A DNA stretch of 51,406 nucleotides, counting the filler, from Porpidia crustulata (Eukaryota), in NCBI GenBank assembly GCA_964255105.1. It is 3 parts of 3 records of this genome, joined end to end, with 100 filler letters (N's around TTAATTAATTAA, not from the genome) between each part and the next. Parts side by side here need not be neighbours in the genome. Positions count along the whole stretch, not along the records: positions 34,344 to 51,406 come from CAXUWE010000233.1; 2 more parts are not named here. One strand, written 5' to 3'. A model generated the notes under the pieces. That model was not told the origin of the DNA, did no database searches, and saw only the letters and a program-made list of their open reading frames with translations. A program made the translations under genes and the position numbers. Shown here piece by piece: positions 36,370 to 51,406 of this stretch; the first letter of the stretch is position 1, and each line of letters opens with the position of its first letter.

Positions 36370-39287
36370 TCATTCCAAAAGTCCGACTACCTTCCTCAAC
36401 ACCTCCTCCACCCCCTTTCGTTGATTGTCCGGATCCTTCGCAACCCCCTGCCAAACCTCTCCATGCCTCGGCTCACTGATCACGCACTTCCCTATCACGT
36501 CTTCCCTCTTCTCCTCCATCCCGTGCTGCACCAGGAATTTGTAATACCACGCCCACGTATCCCCGTTGTCCGCATCTAGAACAATCGCCTTTTCAAACCA
36601 ATTCGCCGCCTTCTCCAACCGGCGCTCACCCCAGAACACCCGCGCCACGGTCACGAATAGTATTGGATCGTTATCGCACTTCTTGATGGCTTCAAGGGAT
36701 CGCGGTTTGCGTTGTGTGCGCGGCTCGAGGTGCCAAATGCTTTCGCTCCAAAGGAGGCCGCTGTTGGGGATTTCCTGGAGCGCTTTGGCCATGAGAACTT
36801 TCGCTTGCGCTACATTCTTGGCCCGGCGCTCGACACGCACACTCTCAGTCCAGAGTTCGGGACTCTTAGGTACAGCGAGGCGGGCACGATCTAGCATGCT
36901 TCGGGCCTTGACCACAACCCCAGCGTTTTCCTCGAGGCGAGAGGCAAGCAGCCAGAGTGGGATGGAAGTGGGGCAGGCACGCGTACCGGTGTTGAAGGCT
37001 TCGCGGGCTTGGGGGAGCTTATTAAGGGCTGAATAGATTTGGCCTTTGATCATCCAGAGTTTTGCGGCTTTGGGGTAGAGTTGAAGGCCTTGATTCACGA
37101 GGTCGAGGGCGACGTCGATGTTGCCGAGTTGTCGCTCAAAGGCAACGGATTTGATCCAGACGCGGTCGGTGCCGGCGGCTTGGCGGGCGGTTTGGAGAAG
37201 CTCGCGGGCTTTGGCGGTCTGATCGTTGTCGGCTTCAAGTTTGACGGCGGCAAGCCAGATGTTCTCGGAATTTGGATTCTGGGCAAAGGCGTCGGAAAGG
37301 ACTTTGCGGGCATCATTAATGGAGCCGGATTGAAGCTTCTCCTTTGAGAGGAGCATCCATAATTCTTCGGATTGGGGAACTGCTTCAACCGCTTTTTGAA
37401 GCACTTGTAGAAGCGCTTCTTTGGTGCCGTGATTTCGTTCGAGGTCTGCGGCTGCTGAATAGACTGATTTGCTGGTGACGAAGATTCTTAATGCGTAGGC
37501 GTAGATGGCTCTTGCCGTTTCGTACTTTCCTCGGCCAATGCTGGATTTGGCATCATCTACCCATATGGCTTTCCTATCGTCTTCTTCTTCATCTAGACCG
37601 TAGCCAAGTGTTTCCTTGACGATTGCTCCACACGTCAAAATTGCGCCCTCTTCCTCGCACTTCTCTGCCTCTGTGATCCAGTCTTCTCTTGGTAACATAG
37701 CGCCCTCACGAACCAGCGAAGCGACAGCGCGGCGCATCACGTTGACTTTGCCAGCATTCCCCATCTGTTCCTGCAATCTTGCTCCAGCGATCCATATTTC
37801 ATGACTGGTGGGGATTTTTTGGCGGCCCTTATTGAGTACTTTTTGCGCATTCTCTGGTGTTTCAAGTCTCGCCAATGCAAGCACTAGGTCGACTGACATT
37901 GGTACCTCTTCCGTAGCTTTTGCAAGCAGCAAACGAGCATCTGCAGGATCTTCCTCTAAGTTTACCGCCTCCTTCCACAAAGCAGCGGAATGCGGTAGGA
38001 TGTCAAGAGCTCGACGCAAGACTCGTTTCTTTGCCTTCAGGTCTTCTTCAAGTTTCATAGCTTCAACCCAGAGCCGGATTGATTGTGGGTTATTCGATAT
38101 TGCATTTGCTGCGATGATCTTTGCATTATGGTTCTCGTTCAGGCGCATGGACTCCAGCCATGCGTCTTCCGACTTGGGGCAGATTATGACAGCTTGCGCC
38201 ATGATTTTCCTCGCCGCCACAATCTTTCCTGCAACTTCCTCTAATCGAGCTGCAGCAATATGGCCTGGTGCATGTTTGGGGTTGGTCTGTATTACTGAAG
38301 ATAACAAAGCCCGTACCCGATTGATGTCGCCCATCTCTGCCTCCCCAACTTTAACTTCGGATTTCGAGAGGCTGGTGAGATAGCCTTTTGGGTCGATGTT
38401 CGTGGCAGTCCCCGCCGTAGATTCTATCCCCGAACCCTGGGCTGCTTGGTCTAATCGAACCTGTAGTACTTTATCTCGCGCGGCACCAATATCTGCAAAA
38501 TTTGTCATTGTGCCGTCCGCGCTATCCCCCGATCCGTTCGTCGCAGCTCCATCATCGTTCACACTGGTATCAAATTGTGTCGAGTCTCTTGCACCGGCAA
38601 TAACGCTATCTGGGACTGCGTAGAATCGTTGCCGCAGATTCTGCTTGGTTCTTCTGTTCTTCCCAGTAAGATCCCCAACCTCAGGTATGTTCGCCCAATC
38701 TTCGTCCGACACGCTTGCAAGACTTCGTTTTAGGTCGGCAAATTGCTGTTGAATTTTTGGATTGTTGGCCTCATGTTCCTTCCGTTCCTGAGCTTCGCGC
38801 GCTTCCCTATACGTGATCGGCTTCAAGTCGGCAATCTGTGCTTCCAAAAACAAAGTATATGATAAACCATCTGCTTCAACAACGAGAGGATGATTAGGGT
38901 GGGGACCATGAGAAGGGAGACAAACCTTCTAATTTTACGCCGTCTGTCCATTTTCTCATCCACCTCCTGATATATCCTGTCGGCCTCATCGTCATCTCGG
39001 TCATAGGCACCATTAGCGAAAAGTCCGACCTCGTTCTCGGGGTCTTGGAAGCGTTCGTCATCATCATCGGGCTCTTCCTTCTTCTCCGGTGCCCCGTATG
39101 CGGTTGGTGGCGCTGCTCCAAGCTGCGCTGCACGTTTAGAAAGAGCTAACTTGATTTGTTCTTCACTTGGGCCTTCTCTGGCTGGTCCAAGATCTGAACG
39201 TGTGGTGAAACCGGTAGCACCTCTTCCCAGTCCAGCCACGTAGTTCTCTGGCGCTTGCTGCGACAAGAAGTCCTTGCGCCCAGACAT
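36370..39287 (-). CDS. PRP6: U4/U6.U5 tri-snRNP splicing factor Prp6 (S. pombe Prp1)
   Basis: PENYVAGLGRGATGFTTRSDLGPAR N-terminus and HAT/TPR repeats; intron 38807-38925. Confidence 0.97.
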
Positions 39288-39570
39288 TGCTGGTAAATGT
39301 ATGTGAGGAAGAATGAGCTGAGACTAATTGGATGGGAACGCGCACTCGTAATGAAGGTCTGGCTATTACGTGAAAACACTAAAAGAGGGGCTAACGATTC
39401 TAGGTTGGCTCGTAAGCTAGTTTACCCTAGGGTATGTGGCGCCGCGAGTACTAGTAGCCATAAGCTTGTCAATTAGCCGCACTACCCGACTATCGATAAA
39501 TTATTTTTATCAGTTTGAGCTTTCTCAAGTACCATACCAAAGGACTTGGACTGCTTATGATCCGATCAAA

Positions 39571-40832
<1,262 letters not shown>

Positions 40833-41033
40833 TATGTGGATATGCTGAGGCTGGGATCCGACTTTAGCACGGCGTTCAGGTTGATGGCTGGGAACTCCAT
40901 GATAGAATGTGAGAATCTTACCGACTTGATACGCAAGTGTAAATAGCAGGGTTTTTGATTAGGGCATTGGGAAGTGGAAATATCAGTGGGTATCTACAGC
41001 TGACCAAAAAGTAGGTATTAATGTGCAACAAAA

Positions 41034-43057
41034 TTATTTGAGATGGGCGCTAGATCCTCTGAAGAGGCTCTGCCATATATAAGCCTCGCTCAGTAGGAGC
41101 TCAATGTCTTTTTCGGTCCAGTCCCGGGTAGGCAATGCTTGCAAGAACATCATAATCTCCTTTGATAATGTTAAGCTTATCCGTCTGAATGAGCATGGCA
41201 ATGACTGACCTGAAAATCCATCTTTACAAGTTGCTCAGACCATTTAACCAGAAATGCCGCACAAACATACAAATGGAACTCCGAAAATCCCTGTTCTTCA
41301 GCCATATATGTGTCCCACATGCGAATTGTATTCTTTACCGTCACTTCTCGCATCAACAAACAATTCATCCACCGAAAGCTAAATTGCATAAACTCGACGC
41401 CCTCATTCTCGAGGTGTTTCGCCAAGCCGGAGTCGATGCGTGTCGTGAGGTCGCGGAGCGCTCCAACTTGCCGCACAATCCCAGGTTGAGCGCATATGTA
41501 ATTGTCTTGGATGCCATCTAACAATTTAGTAAGACACCAAAACGCATCTGCTTCTACAGCATCAAGTACAGGTTTCGGTAGTTGCCCAGGGTCCATGCCG
41601 GTTTCAATATTGGCGTCGGTAATATAGTTGCCAAGGAATACCTGCCAGAATGGGGTTACAAGGTCATTTATTCCCTGAACGTAGCCACTCGCAGGGTGCC
41701 TGATCGCCCAGACATACAGAATTCGTTCTAACGAGCGTTGAGTCGCCTCATATCCATACAATTTAAGATGAGGGCTTGTCCTTGGCACGTCGATTGAAAT
41801 TTGGTGCCACAGAGCTTCGTCAAGCCCCCGACCGCGCGACTGATTTATGGGGGGAGATTTAGCACCGGTTGCAATCGAGACAGTCATTCCTCGCTCGAAA
41901 GCCTGTCTGACCCCATCCAGGTACTCTTTTCTTTTCCTTTCTAAGGTGGCTACACGCCGCTCGCTGCTAGTGGGCATGTAGCCCAGGAGTAGTTGCCAAG
42001 ACATTGCTCGTACTTCTGCAGGTATACCGGACCATGACGAGTCTCTCAGCTCTGACAATGATATTGAGCTTGCCTGAAGTATACGCTTGAATTTATTGAT
42101 GCGCGATATCCGTGTTGAATAGGCTTCGACTTCCTTTGGGGTCGCACTCAGCGACAGTGAGGGATGGCTGATAAGGTGGAGCGAATTCGCAGGATCTGAC
42201 GCAGAAATACCTCAGCGTTGATTTCCAAACAGCGGTGAAAAAACAAACCACGAAGAATGTCTTTATATTGAGGTCTTAGAATCTTGCCTTCACTTTGTTT
42301 AGCAGTAGGATAGCTCGGTGGACCTCTTTCTTCCGCAATATCAGAACTGTCCGCTATGCCCTTGCCAGTAAGAGACTCCGCACTGAAATTAGATAAGCTG
42401 TTGCTACCCGTGCTTCGGCCCCCGCCAGGATCGTTAATCTTCTTGGTCTGTATCCTTCTGGCTTCCCTTCGCATGCTCATTACACTGGGAAGTCCAAACT
42501 CATCTTCTTCTGGGTCCTCATTATATAGATACTCTTGATCCGCGTCTTCGTCTTCATCTTCAGCGGTCCAATCATTGTTCGTGTTAGACATGAATTGAGT
42601 GTAGGAACGTCGAGGAGGGGATGAAACGGTGGAACTAGGCCTCGGAGGGGGTGTGTGGGCGCTGCGGGCACTGCTTTTCGATGATGCGTTTGGAGTATGG
42701 GACCTTGATGCAGAGGGTGTCAATGATCTATGTCTTCGATTAGCAATGATAGAGACCAACCAGGCCGGGGAGCTTGCAGGGAATCAAATTTAAGCATGTC
42801 CGCGTGTGAATACGATGCGCCAACCACGATATTGGGGTCATAAGCTTTGGGAGAGGCATGTCTGATGTTGCCTGGACGATTACGCCAGAAGGCGGACGAT
42901 TTACTGCCTGCTGTTCAGTGGTTTGGCCTATGAGATAGCACTCAAGGCTGTTTGAGCTACGTACTCAGAGGAGTCTAGTCGTACACAGCTGTCAGTCAGC
43001 TATACACAAGCTCGCGAGGACAACTTCAACATCAGGATACGAACCAACCTGCACCAT
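41034..43057 (-). CDS. GYP1: TBC-domain Rab GAP Gyp1/TBC1D22, multi-exon
   Basis: QISIDVPRT, HPASGYVQGINDL, EADAFWCL, FMQFSFRWMNCLLMRE, RMWDTY, IELLLSEAYIW. The 5' exons (MVQV|DSS|DKSSAFWR) are inferred. Confidence 0.92.
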
Positions 43058-43519
43058 CTCCTTCATTATCGACGCCGTCAGCCCCCGTGATTGCACCATT
43101 GTAAAAGAATGCAAGGCTACCTACCTGTTGAAAAGGCTTCTTGGAAGCCATCGTGGCAAGCACTGGTCCGTCGATCAATGGACCATTGGCTTTGACAACT
43201 GGTGAGCCAACAGCCAAGTCTTGTACTGCGTACGAGGCACATCCGAAAACGGACTAGCGGCCTTCACACTTAGCCGCAGCCTGAACCCTGAGCTGAACCA
43301 TCTGTGTCCCTTCCACCATTCTTACCTCCACCCCAACACAGCTGTGTATCCTACGTAAACGTCAAACCGTCAAATCGAATTCACAACGTTCCTTTACTCA
43401 TCCTAATTCTAGCCTAACTTGCACCATATGCTTAGGTTGCAAATTTGACGTGTGCCGCTGACCCTGCTTCGAAGATTCTTAATCCCATCTTCCAATTTCA
43501 CCAGCTTGTTACAGCGACA

Positions 43520-46500
43520 ATGACGGAGCCTGAAGAACTCGACGAAGATCTCTTTGCTGATCTGTAAGTTTTTCTAACGAGACCTCTTAACGCCTCCCCT
43601 GTATCTATCATTGACCTTTCATCATTTCCCTTCTAAATTATTCACAGCTACGACGGAGATGAGAACGCAATCAAGGATTTGGCATCGACTCAAATCGAAG
43701 TCATATCTGAACCCAAGCAAGCTATCATAGCCAACGGGAGTACCGAAAACTACGAGCAAGTGAAGATCGAAGTAGAGGCACAGGAACAAAACGAAGTTCC
43801 TGACCACGAGCAACGCGCAAATAACAGTGACCACAACGGGAACATCGGATCATCTTGGAACGATGGACATACTACTGGAGCCCAGGGTAGCAATAACTAT
43901 GGTGACTCAGTCGTAGAACCGGAACAACACGCTATTGGTATAAAAGAAGATGGGTAAGTTCACGTTAATTAGCTCTTTCTGTCTGTTGTGTGATCGTACC
44001 CTCCTTCACGTGTTCGTTGTTTCTAGTTCCCGCTTTGGGACTTCTGTTCTTCATACATGGAAGACCATCTTGCCCATCGTAAGTGTAAATTGAGATTGAG
44101 AGCGTCCCTTGGCCTCAAGGGTCGTTCGTCCTATGCTTGGGATGCACGGGCTCGGAATTGGACAATCACAATACCTTATGACCAATCTACTTGATTGTCT
44201 GAGATAAATCCACGTTGGAGATCTTGGGTTCACTGATCGGGTCTTTGGAGAAAGCAAGGGAGTGAAGGGAATGAGGTAAAGAGGCGTTGGATGAGAAAGT
44301 CGAATTTTGGACCAATGGGTACGGAGCAGAGGGGACAAATATACCCCTGTCGCTCGGCTTTTTGATTGGGCTATCGTATGAAAGCAAATTCAACAACACA
44401 AAATTCGAGGAACAGCTGAGCTTGACTGGTCAATGGGGGTTAGCTCTGTGGACGAAAGACAAAATGGATAGATTATCACCCTACATACCACCTAGGAAAG
44501 CGACCATAGTACTGCTGCTACTCCATAGCTTATTGTCGATATCATCTTCATAGAGCAGGGCAGGAGACAAATCTCTGTCACACTAAGCCTTCAGCATATT
44601 ATGGTACTCGAGCTAGCATACGACTTTATAGCAAAAGACGAATCTTCTATACGCACTTTGATCAGTTCTTGTACATACATCTGGTGCATGGTATCGCGGG
44701 CTGCCGTCCGCTCCATGATTCAGATAGTAAATGGAGGATCATTGCCGACGAAATTCTCGCTGGAGACCCTACGATGATGTGCACAGCATTTCATTGCACG
44801 ATTCAGATAGCACACACGATAAATGCCGTTGATTATCTTACGGAGTGCCCTGCGGTCTACATACAACTCATACAACTTGCTTCTGAGAGTCTGGACCATT
44901 ATGAAAGACTACAATTGCGCTTGTTAAGGACCACACTACTAATACTTACAAATTAAAAACGATGGATGATTCTGTTTTGCTGCTATCCAATAAGGAGCTT
45001 CACAAACAGTCAAAATCATCTTGCTGACATGTATATTTTGTTGACTCCCTACTTTGTTTTCATAAATCCATTCACCTAGCAAGAATACATGTTTCCAAGG
45101 CTGATCGTTTATTGTGACCATCTAGGAAAATGTTTATAGGTGGACTGAACTGGGAGACAACTGATCGTGCGTCGTCCCCTGTCCAATACTCATCTTATGT
45201 CTCACTCAGCAGCATGCTAACACCATGTTATGTGATAGAATCCTTGAAAGAATACTTTTCGAAGTTTGGCGAGGTGCAGGAATGCACAGTCATGAGGGAC
45301 GGGGCTAGTGGACGTTCTCGTGGCTTTGGTTTTCTCACATTTAAAGACCCCCGGACTGTCAACGTGGTGATGGTCAAGGAGCACTACCTGGATGGCAAGA
45401 TTGTAAGTTTACCAACTTCAACCTCGTTTTTTCGCGAATATCCTTGCAATCTTCCACTCAGTAGTTCTGATTGCTTACCTTCTCTGCCCTCATGAAGATC
45501 GACCCTAAACGAGCAATTCCCCGAGACGAACAGGAACGCACAAGCAAGATTTTTGTAGGAGGAGTGAGCCAAGACGCAAACGAACAAGACTTCAAAGAGT
45601 ATTTCATGCAATTTGGAAGAGTTGTTGATGCCACACTTATGATTGACAAAGATACTGGAAGACCGCGCGGCTTCGGTTTTGTGACATTTGACAGTGAAGC
45701 AGCAGTAGATGCTACTCTCCAAGGCGATTTGCAGATATTAGGAAAGCCGATCGAAGTCAAGAAAGCCCAACCTAGGGGTAATATGCGAGATGAGGAGGAA
45801 GCGGCAGGTAGAGGGGGGCGAGGCGGTCGACGCGGCGGTAAAGACAACGACAGATTTCGAGACAACGATCGCGGCAATTTCGAGAGTGGTAGTGTAAATA
45901 ATCAGAACCAGAATCAAAATCAGCAAGGCGGACAAGGAATGTACAATGGCATGACTCCTCAGATGATGGCACAATACTGGCAGAAAATGCAACAGTATTT
46001 CGCCACTATGCAGCAACAGATGGCAGCCGCTGCCGCTGTGCAAAATGGAGGAATGGCCGGTCAAATGGGGATGAATCCAGCCATGATGCAGCAGATGCAG
46101 CAAATGCAACAAATGAAGGCTATGCAGGCTATCCAACAACAAATGGGTCGAAGCCAAGGCTCGCAGAGCCCGCTTCCGCAGAGCCCTGGAGCACAAGGCA
46201 TGAACCCGGCCATGATGCAACAAATGCAACAATTTCAACAAATGCAGATGCAACAGCAGGCACAGGGCGGAGCGGGATTTGGTGGACAGATGAATGGCGC
46301 GCCTGCAATGAATGCTAGTCCGGTAGCCGGAGGATCGGCCATGGGTAATTTTGGCAGTGGTGGAAGCGGAGGTGCAGGGCGTAGAGGTACCCCTGGATAT
46401 AACGCTCAAGATCAACTTCTCTTCGAGCAGCAGAAATACGAACAGCAGCAAGCTCGCCGGGCGGCTCAAGAGGTACAGCAGATGCAGAATTTCCAGCAAA

Positions 46501-46760
46501 ACGGACCGACCTCATGGGAGGGCATGTATGACGACGTACCACAGCCGAATCTAGGAGCCCAAGGAGGGATGGGTCGAGGAGCATCTAACGCCGGAAATAA
46601 GGGGGCACAGCAGAACCGCGGCTCCCAGGGCCCTCAGAGCGCACCTCCAGCTAATGCACCTACTGGACCCAAAAACGCAGGGAAACCTGGAGCCAACTAT
46701 AGGGGCGGGGGTCGAGGTGCTGGAGCTCACCGTGGATTCCATCCATATGCAAGGAACTGA
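43520..46760 (+). CDS. HRP1: Two-RRM hnRNP A/B-type protein Hrp1/Nab4-like, with a Q/G/M-rich tail and PY-NLS
   Basis: [39 protein letters not shown]-terminal RGFHPY. Exons 43520-43563, 43648-43953, 45126-45166, 45239-45402 and 45498-46760. Confidence 0.9.
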
Positions 46761-48726
46761 TCAGCGCAGATAGGCTTGGGTGCGGGCTTCAGCTTGGTTT
46801 TCATCTAGCGCACACGGGAGCGACTGTCTATTCGCTTTGTAGTCCACCACACATACGGCTGTTCGAGGGGTTATGGTGCGTTCGGCGTCAAATAGGTTGT
46901 TCATGGAGCTGCCTTGGCAGGTTGCACTTGCCATCTGACTCGACAAATGATTCAGTAGGCGCTTCTCAAATGTATACTAGATCAATGCAATGCAATTATT
47001 CGTTTTGACTATGTTGTGGCCATGTTTTCTGGGATATAGCCGATATATCAGGTAGAGCATGGGGGGATTACCATGCAGCCGAAGAGGATTGTAGTACCCA
47101 CGATGTATTATTCTAGCTACAAGTATTAATAATTTTAAAATTTTCATTAGATGCATAGGACAATTACGCCGCTTCAGCTGGAAGCTGACACTCAAGGTTA
47201 TAAATTAACCAAGTTGGGTTTCTCTCGACAACATCGACAGATCTAGAAAATCCCAAGGCATTCTTGAGCGAAGAGCGTGCCCGTACAGCTTGAACCAGCT
47301 AGTATATCTAGGCGTCGTTTACGCTGTGGAGCAATATTTATATTCACTACCGTGTCTGAAGCAGCAGAGGAGACGCTTTCGCACCTGCTCCAAATATTGA
47401 AAGGCACCAATCAACGAAACGCAGCGTGTAGAAGAGGGCATGGAAGGGTACAATGAATATTCTATATAACCTAAGGAGGGTAACTTCTATCGTCGCTTTT
47501 GGTTTTTCAGTTTCTATTTATCAGTACTTTCGTCGTCGCATAAAGAATCTCAAAAGTTGCAGTCAGTGGCCAAGAGGTATGGACCTTTGCATTTTCTAAC
47601 ATCTTTGTCTGTCTGTCTGAATCAATTGTCGATTTTTTCCAGTGTTGCGGTAGTCTGGTTGCACCGAATTTTGGTTGGTGGGAAGCAAGACTTTGTGGGA
47701 GGTTGGTGCTGCATGTACGGATTCATATCTCCAAGAGTTATCGATCCGAATGGTGGCTGGCTATATCTTCGGGATTGCCTTAATCAGGTAGATAGATCCT
47801 CATCAGTATAGTGGTGTAGGGCAGCGATCTGACTTTTGCCTGAGAGCCTGGGCGGATTGAGGGGCACAGGGATCTCGAGGCGAATTTGACGGTGTGCTTG
47901 AAATTGTTCGCTACTCCGCTAATGGAAGCCTCTCACCCACTCAAGTTGCCCTGGGAGTCGTCGGAAACTCAACATCAGGTATTCTTCTCCTTTGGGTGTT
48001 TGACCAATTGAGGTGGGGTTTGAGCTGCCTGTACTCTTTCGGCCCCGTCTCAGAAACAGACTAAGAGGCGGAAGAGCACACGATCTATCGGCTGAGGCTG
48101 GCGGAAGGGCCTGCCATTCAAGGGAATGGTGGACCGAAAAGACAAGGGAAAAGCTATGATCCCTAGCGCACCTTCGCAGATACCCTCCCTATTAATTATC
48201 ATGCTTTAGGGACACACGATACAGCATTACCATTCGGCTAAGCATGACCGGGGGCGATCGAGATTGGGGCCCGTTACACTGGCTACCCAAACCACCTTCC
48301 TTAACGGATGGGGCAACTCTGCATATATGTCATAGACGAGGTTGGGCGCCAAACCCTTTCGAGTTGCGGTTCACCTGCAAGACGTTCGGATTACGAGAAG
48401 GTGTGCATGTCTAGCGGGAAACCACATTCGGATCAACTAACACTATCCTATGAGATTTTGCGGAGAAGAAAGCTCAAAAGAATGTCTTCTAGAACAAGTG
48501 TTGTATTCCCCACTTTCTTGTCCAATAGGTGCCTTCCATTGACGATCTTGTCTTCCCATATCCGAAGCTAGGGGTATGGCTATCAAGATAACGATGCTAT
48601 GGTTACAACGGTGCACTGTGTGTAGGGCGGCATATAGCTGCAGCGTATACCCCCCTATGGCATGATTTCAGATCGTGCAGCGCAATATTGCTCGATTGTC
48701 CTCGTTGCAGTGGATACATACTGAAG

Positions 48727-51059
48727 ATGGCGAACGAACGTACGACCACGATTGCAGAGTATTTCTCTACCGTATCCCTTGCTGGGAAATGGTTACTGAT
48801 CACTTGATAGATTTCATGCGACGGAGGTTGCGCCTCGGAAGATGAGTATGCAAGACGCGGCGGGAGGAATGACTGAAGGCAAACCTTCGATTGAAATGCC
48901 CGTCGCTATGCAGGAGAAAATTCATGAGACCACCAGTCTGTCGTCATTTGAACCTACCGGCGACGAACCGACGGAGGAAGAGCGAGCCACTTTACGCCAC
49001 GTCTCAGACAAGCTCCCTTGGTCGGCTTTCCTTGTAGCAATCATCGAACTTGCTGAAAGATTTACCTACTATGGTTTGTCCGGGCCTTTTCAAAACTACA
49101 TCCAGAACAAGTATCACCCACATGACCACAGCAAGCCCGCCGGGGCAATTGGTATGTCGATACTCCTCCTTAACTCTGATACATAGCAGTCAAGATGCTG
49201 ATTTTGGACAGGCCTTGGGCAGGTGGGCGCTACGGGCTTATCCGATTTCTTCCAGTTCTGGTGTTACGTGACTCCTATCCTAGGCGCCATCGTCTCCGAC
49301 CAGTACCTTGGGAAATACAACACCATCTTCTACTTCGCACTCGTCTATCTTGTGGGCGTCGTCATCCTCTTTCTCACGTCACTGCCGGTATCTATCGAGC
49401 ATGGAGCTGCATTGGGAGGTATCATTGTTTCCATGATTGTCATTGGTCTCGGTACGGGAGGCATCAAGTCGAACGTCAGTCCCCTGATCGCAGAACAATA
49501 CCGTAATACCAAGCAAAAGATACGTGTTGAGAAGAACGGTGAAAGAGTCATTGTTGATCCTGGAGCAACGATCCAAAGAATCTACATGGTAAGTAAATCG
49601 ATGTGTAATCTCGTTAATGAAGTCTGACCCGGGCACCAGATCTTCTATTTATGTATTAACGTGGGCTCATTATCTTCAATCGCGACTACTGAGATGGAGA
49701 AATGGATTGACTTCTGGGCCGCCTACCTTCTCTGTCTTTGCATGTTTGTCATTGGAATAGCCGTCTTGATTGCAGGCAAGAAGTACTACGTTGTCCGCCC
49801 ACCAAAGGGCAGCGTCATACCCAATGCCTTCAGAGCGCTGTGGATTGGTATTATAAATAAAGGCAATATGAGTATGTTTTGGGTGTCTCCAATCTGGGCT
49901 AGAATGATGTGTTGAGCACTGACGATTTCTACAGATGCTGCGAAACCATCATATCAGGAAGAATATGGCCGGAAACATAAGACGCCGTGGAACGATCTGT
50001 TCGTTGATGAACTCAAGCGTGGGCTCGTGGCTTGCAGAGTCTTCGTATTCTACCCAATCTACTGGGTTGTCTATTCTCAGATGTTGAACAATTTTGTCTC
50101 TCAAGGTATGCGTTCCCAGTCCTCACCCTTTGCTCGCTGTTTTTGACTCCAAGACATTTAGCTGCCACCATGGAACTTCATGGAATACCAAACGACATTA
50201 TGCAAGTAAGACATCCCTAGAATTGAAAGCTCCTTCAGGCCCAGCATACTAAATTCAAGATAGAACATTGATTCTTTGACTATCATCATCTTTATTCCTA
50301 TTTGCGATCGCCTATTCTATCCCTTCCTCCGAAAAATAGGCATCCCATTCAGACCCATCACTCGTATCGCCATGGGCTTCTTTCTCGGTTCTCTTGCCAT
50401 GGGCTACGCCGCCATTGTGCAGCACTTGATCTACAAAGCTGGACCCTGCTATGACGCACCGATGGCGTGCGACGCAGCTGGTCCCGATCAATCCATCCCG
50501 AACTCCGTCCATGTTGCCGTCCAGACGCCAGCATACCTTCTCATTGGTCTCTCGGAGATTTTTGCCAGCATTACCGGTCTCGAATATGCCTTCACGAAGG
50601 CACCGCCGAGCATGAAGTAAGACTTCGAGCACGACTCTGCTGCCGAACGCTAACGAGGCCACAGATCTTTCGTCATGGCCATGTTCCTCCTCCAAACCGC
50701 GTTCGGATCCGCTCTCGGGATTGCCTTGGCCCCCACCGCCAAAGACCCGAAGCTCCTATGGATGTACAGTAAGTTGACACTTTTCGCGCCCTCTCCCCAC
50801 GGATCCTACTGACTTGCATCCAGCCGGCCTCGCCGTCGCGACCTTTCTCACAGCAGTGATCTTCTGGTTCCTCTTCAAGAAGTACAACGCCACCGAGGAG
50901 GAAATGAACAAGCTCGAAGACGAGGGCGAAAAGGCCGTCCCTGCCGGCGAAATCGGCGCTCTCGGCGGCGTCAAGCATCACGCAGTTGACGACGGAGGCG
51001 AGAAGGGACATCGACGTGGGGCCGATAACGCTGGTACGGCCACCGGTACGGCTTTGTGA
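48727..51059 (+). CDS. PTR2: POT/PTR family di/tripeptide transporter, multi-exon
   Basis: ELAERFTYYG (ExxERFxYYG), GTGGIKSNVSPLIAEQ, EIFASITGLEYAFTKAP; first intron 48759-48810 inferred. Confidence 0.95.
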
Positions 51060-51406
51060 TTGCAAAGATGCCGAGCATCGCACTGGATTTTTAGGCGGCG
51101 AGTGAGCGTACAAGCGCGAGATGCCGAGATTTGTATAAGTAGACGGATCAATCATATCCGCCTAAAGGTTATTCTGCCATAACTATGGTAACTGTGTGAC
51201 AACTTTGACTGATACGATGAATGTATTTTGTGGATGAAACAATTTGGACAGGGTCGGACATAGATGTCATCGGACATCATCTTCACATTACCATCTTTTC
51301 ATTTTTGCGAAGTTATTCCTTTCATCCATTCTACATTCCTTACTATCTCTCACAACCTCCTCACCCCAACGCCCCACACAAGCTCAACCGTCAACAACTC
51401 CCCTAT

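Noticed and set aside
45738..46499. 253-aa His/Leu-rich antisense ORF
   Set aside because: Reverse complement of the Q/M-rich tail of HRP1.

Overview
Intron-rich nuclear DNA from a filamentous ascomycete (Pezizomycotina; a lichen-forming lineage is only a guess), with two 100-nt scaffold gaps carrying an artificial TTAATTAATTAA linker. The left part holds NUP98-96, an SDR, centrin CDC31, a SidL-like acyltransferase, a DUF7730-like gene, a PTH11-like gene, a DUF1772 gene and a Myb-like gene. The right part holds ADA1, PRP6, DIM1, GYP1, HRP1 and PTR2. Between them lies a roughly 9 kb accessory, partly decayed island: a DUF7924-like relic, an intact Myb/HTH + GIY-YIG nuclease-like ORF head-to-head with a frameshifted UDG-like gene, and a frameshifted APH-type kinase. 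The standout feature is a tRNA-Phe(GAA) gene at 31641-31785. It has perfectly paired stems and a normal 37/38 tRNA intron, plus a second 47-nt insert in the anticodon stem with all the signals of a spliceosomal intron (GTACGA...TACTAAT...TAG). Family calls come from motif recognition, not database searches, and exon boundaries were read by eye.
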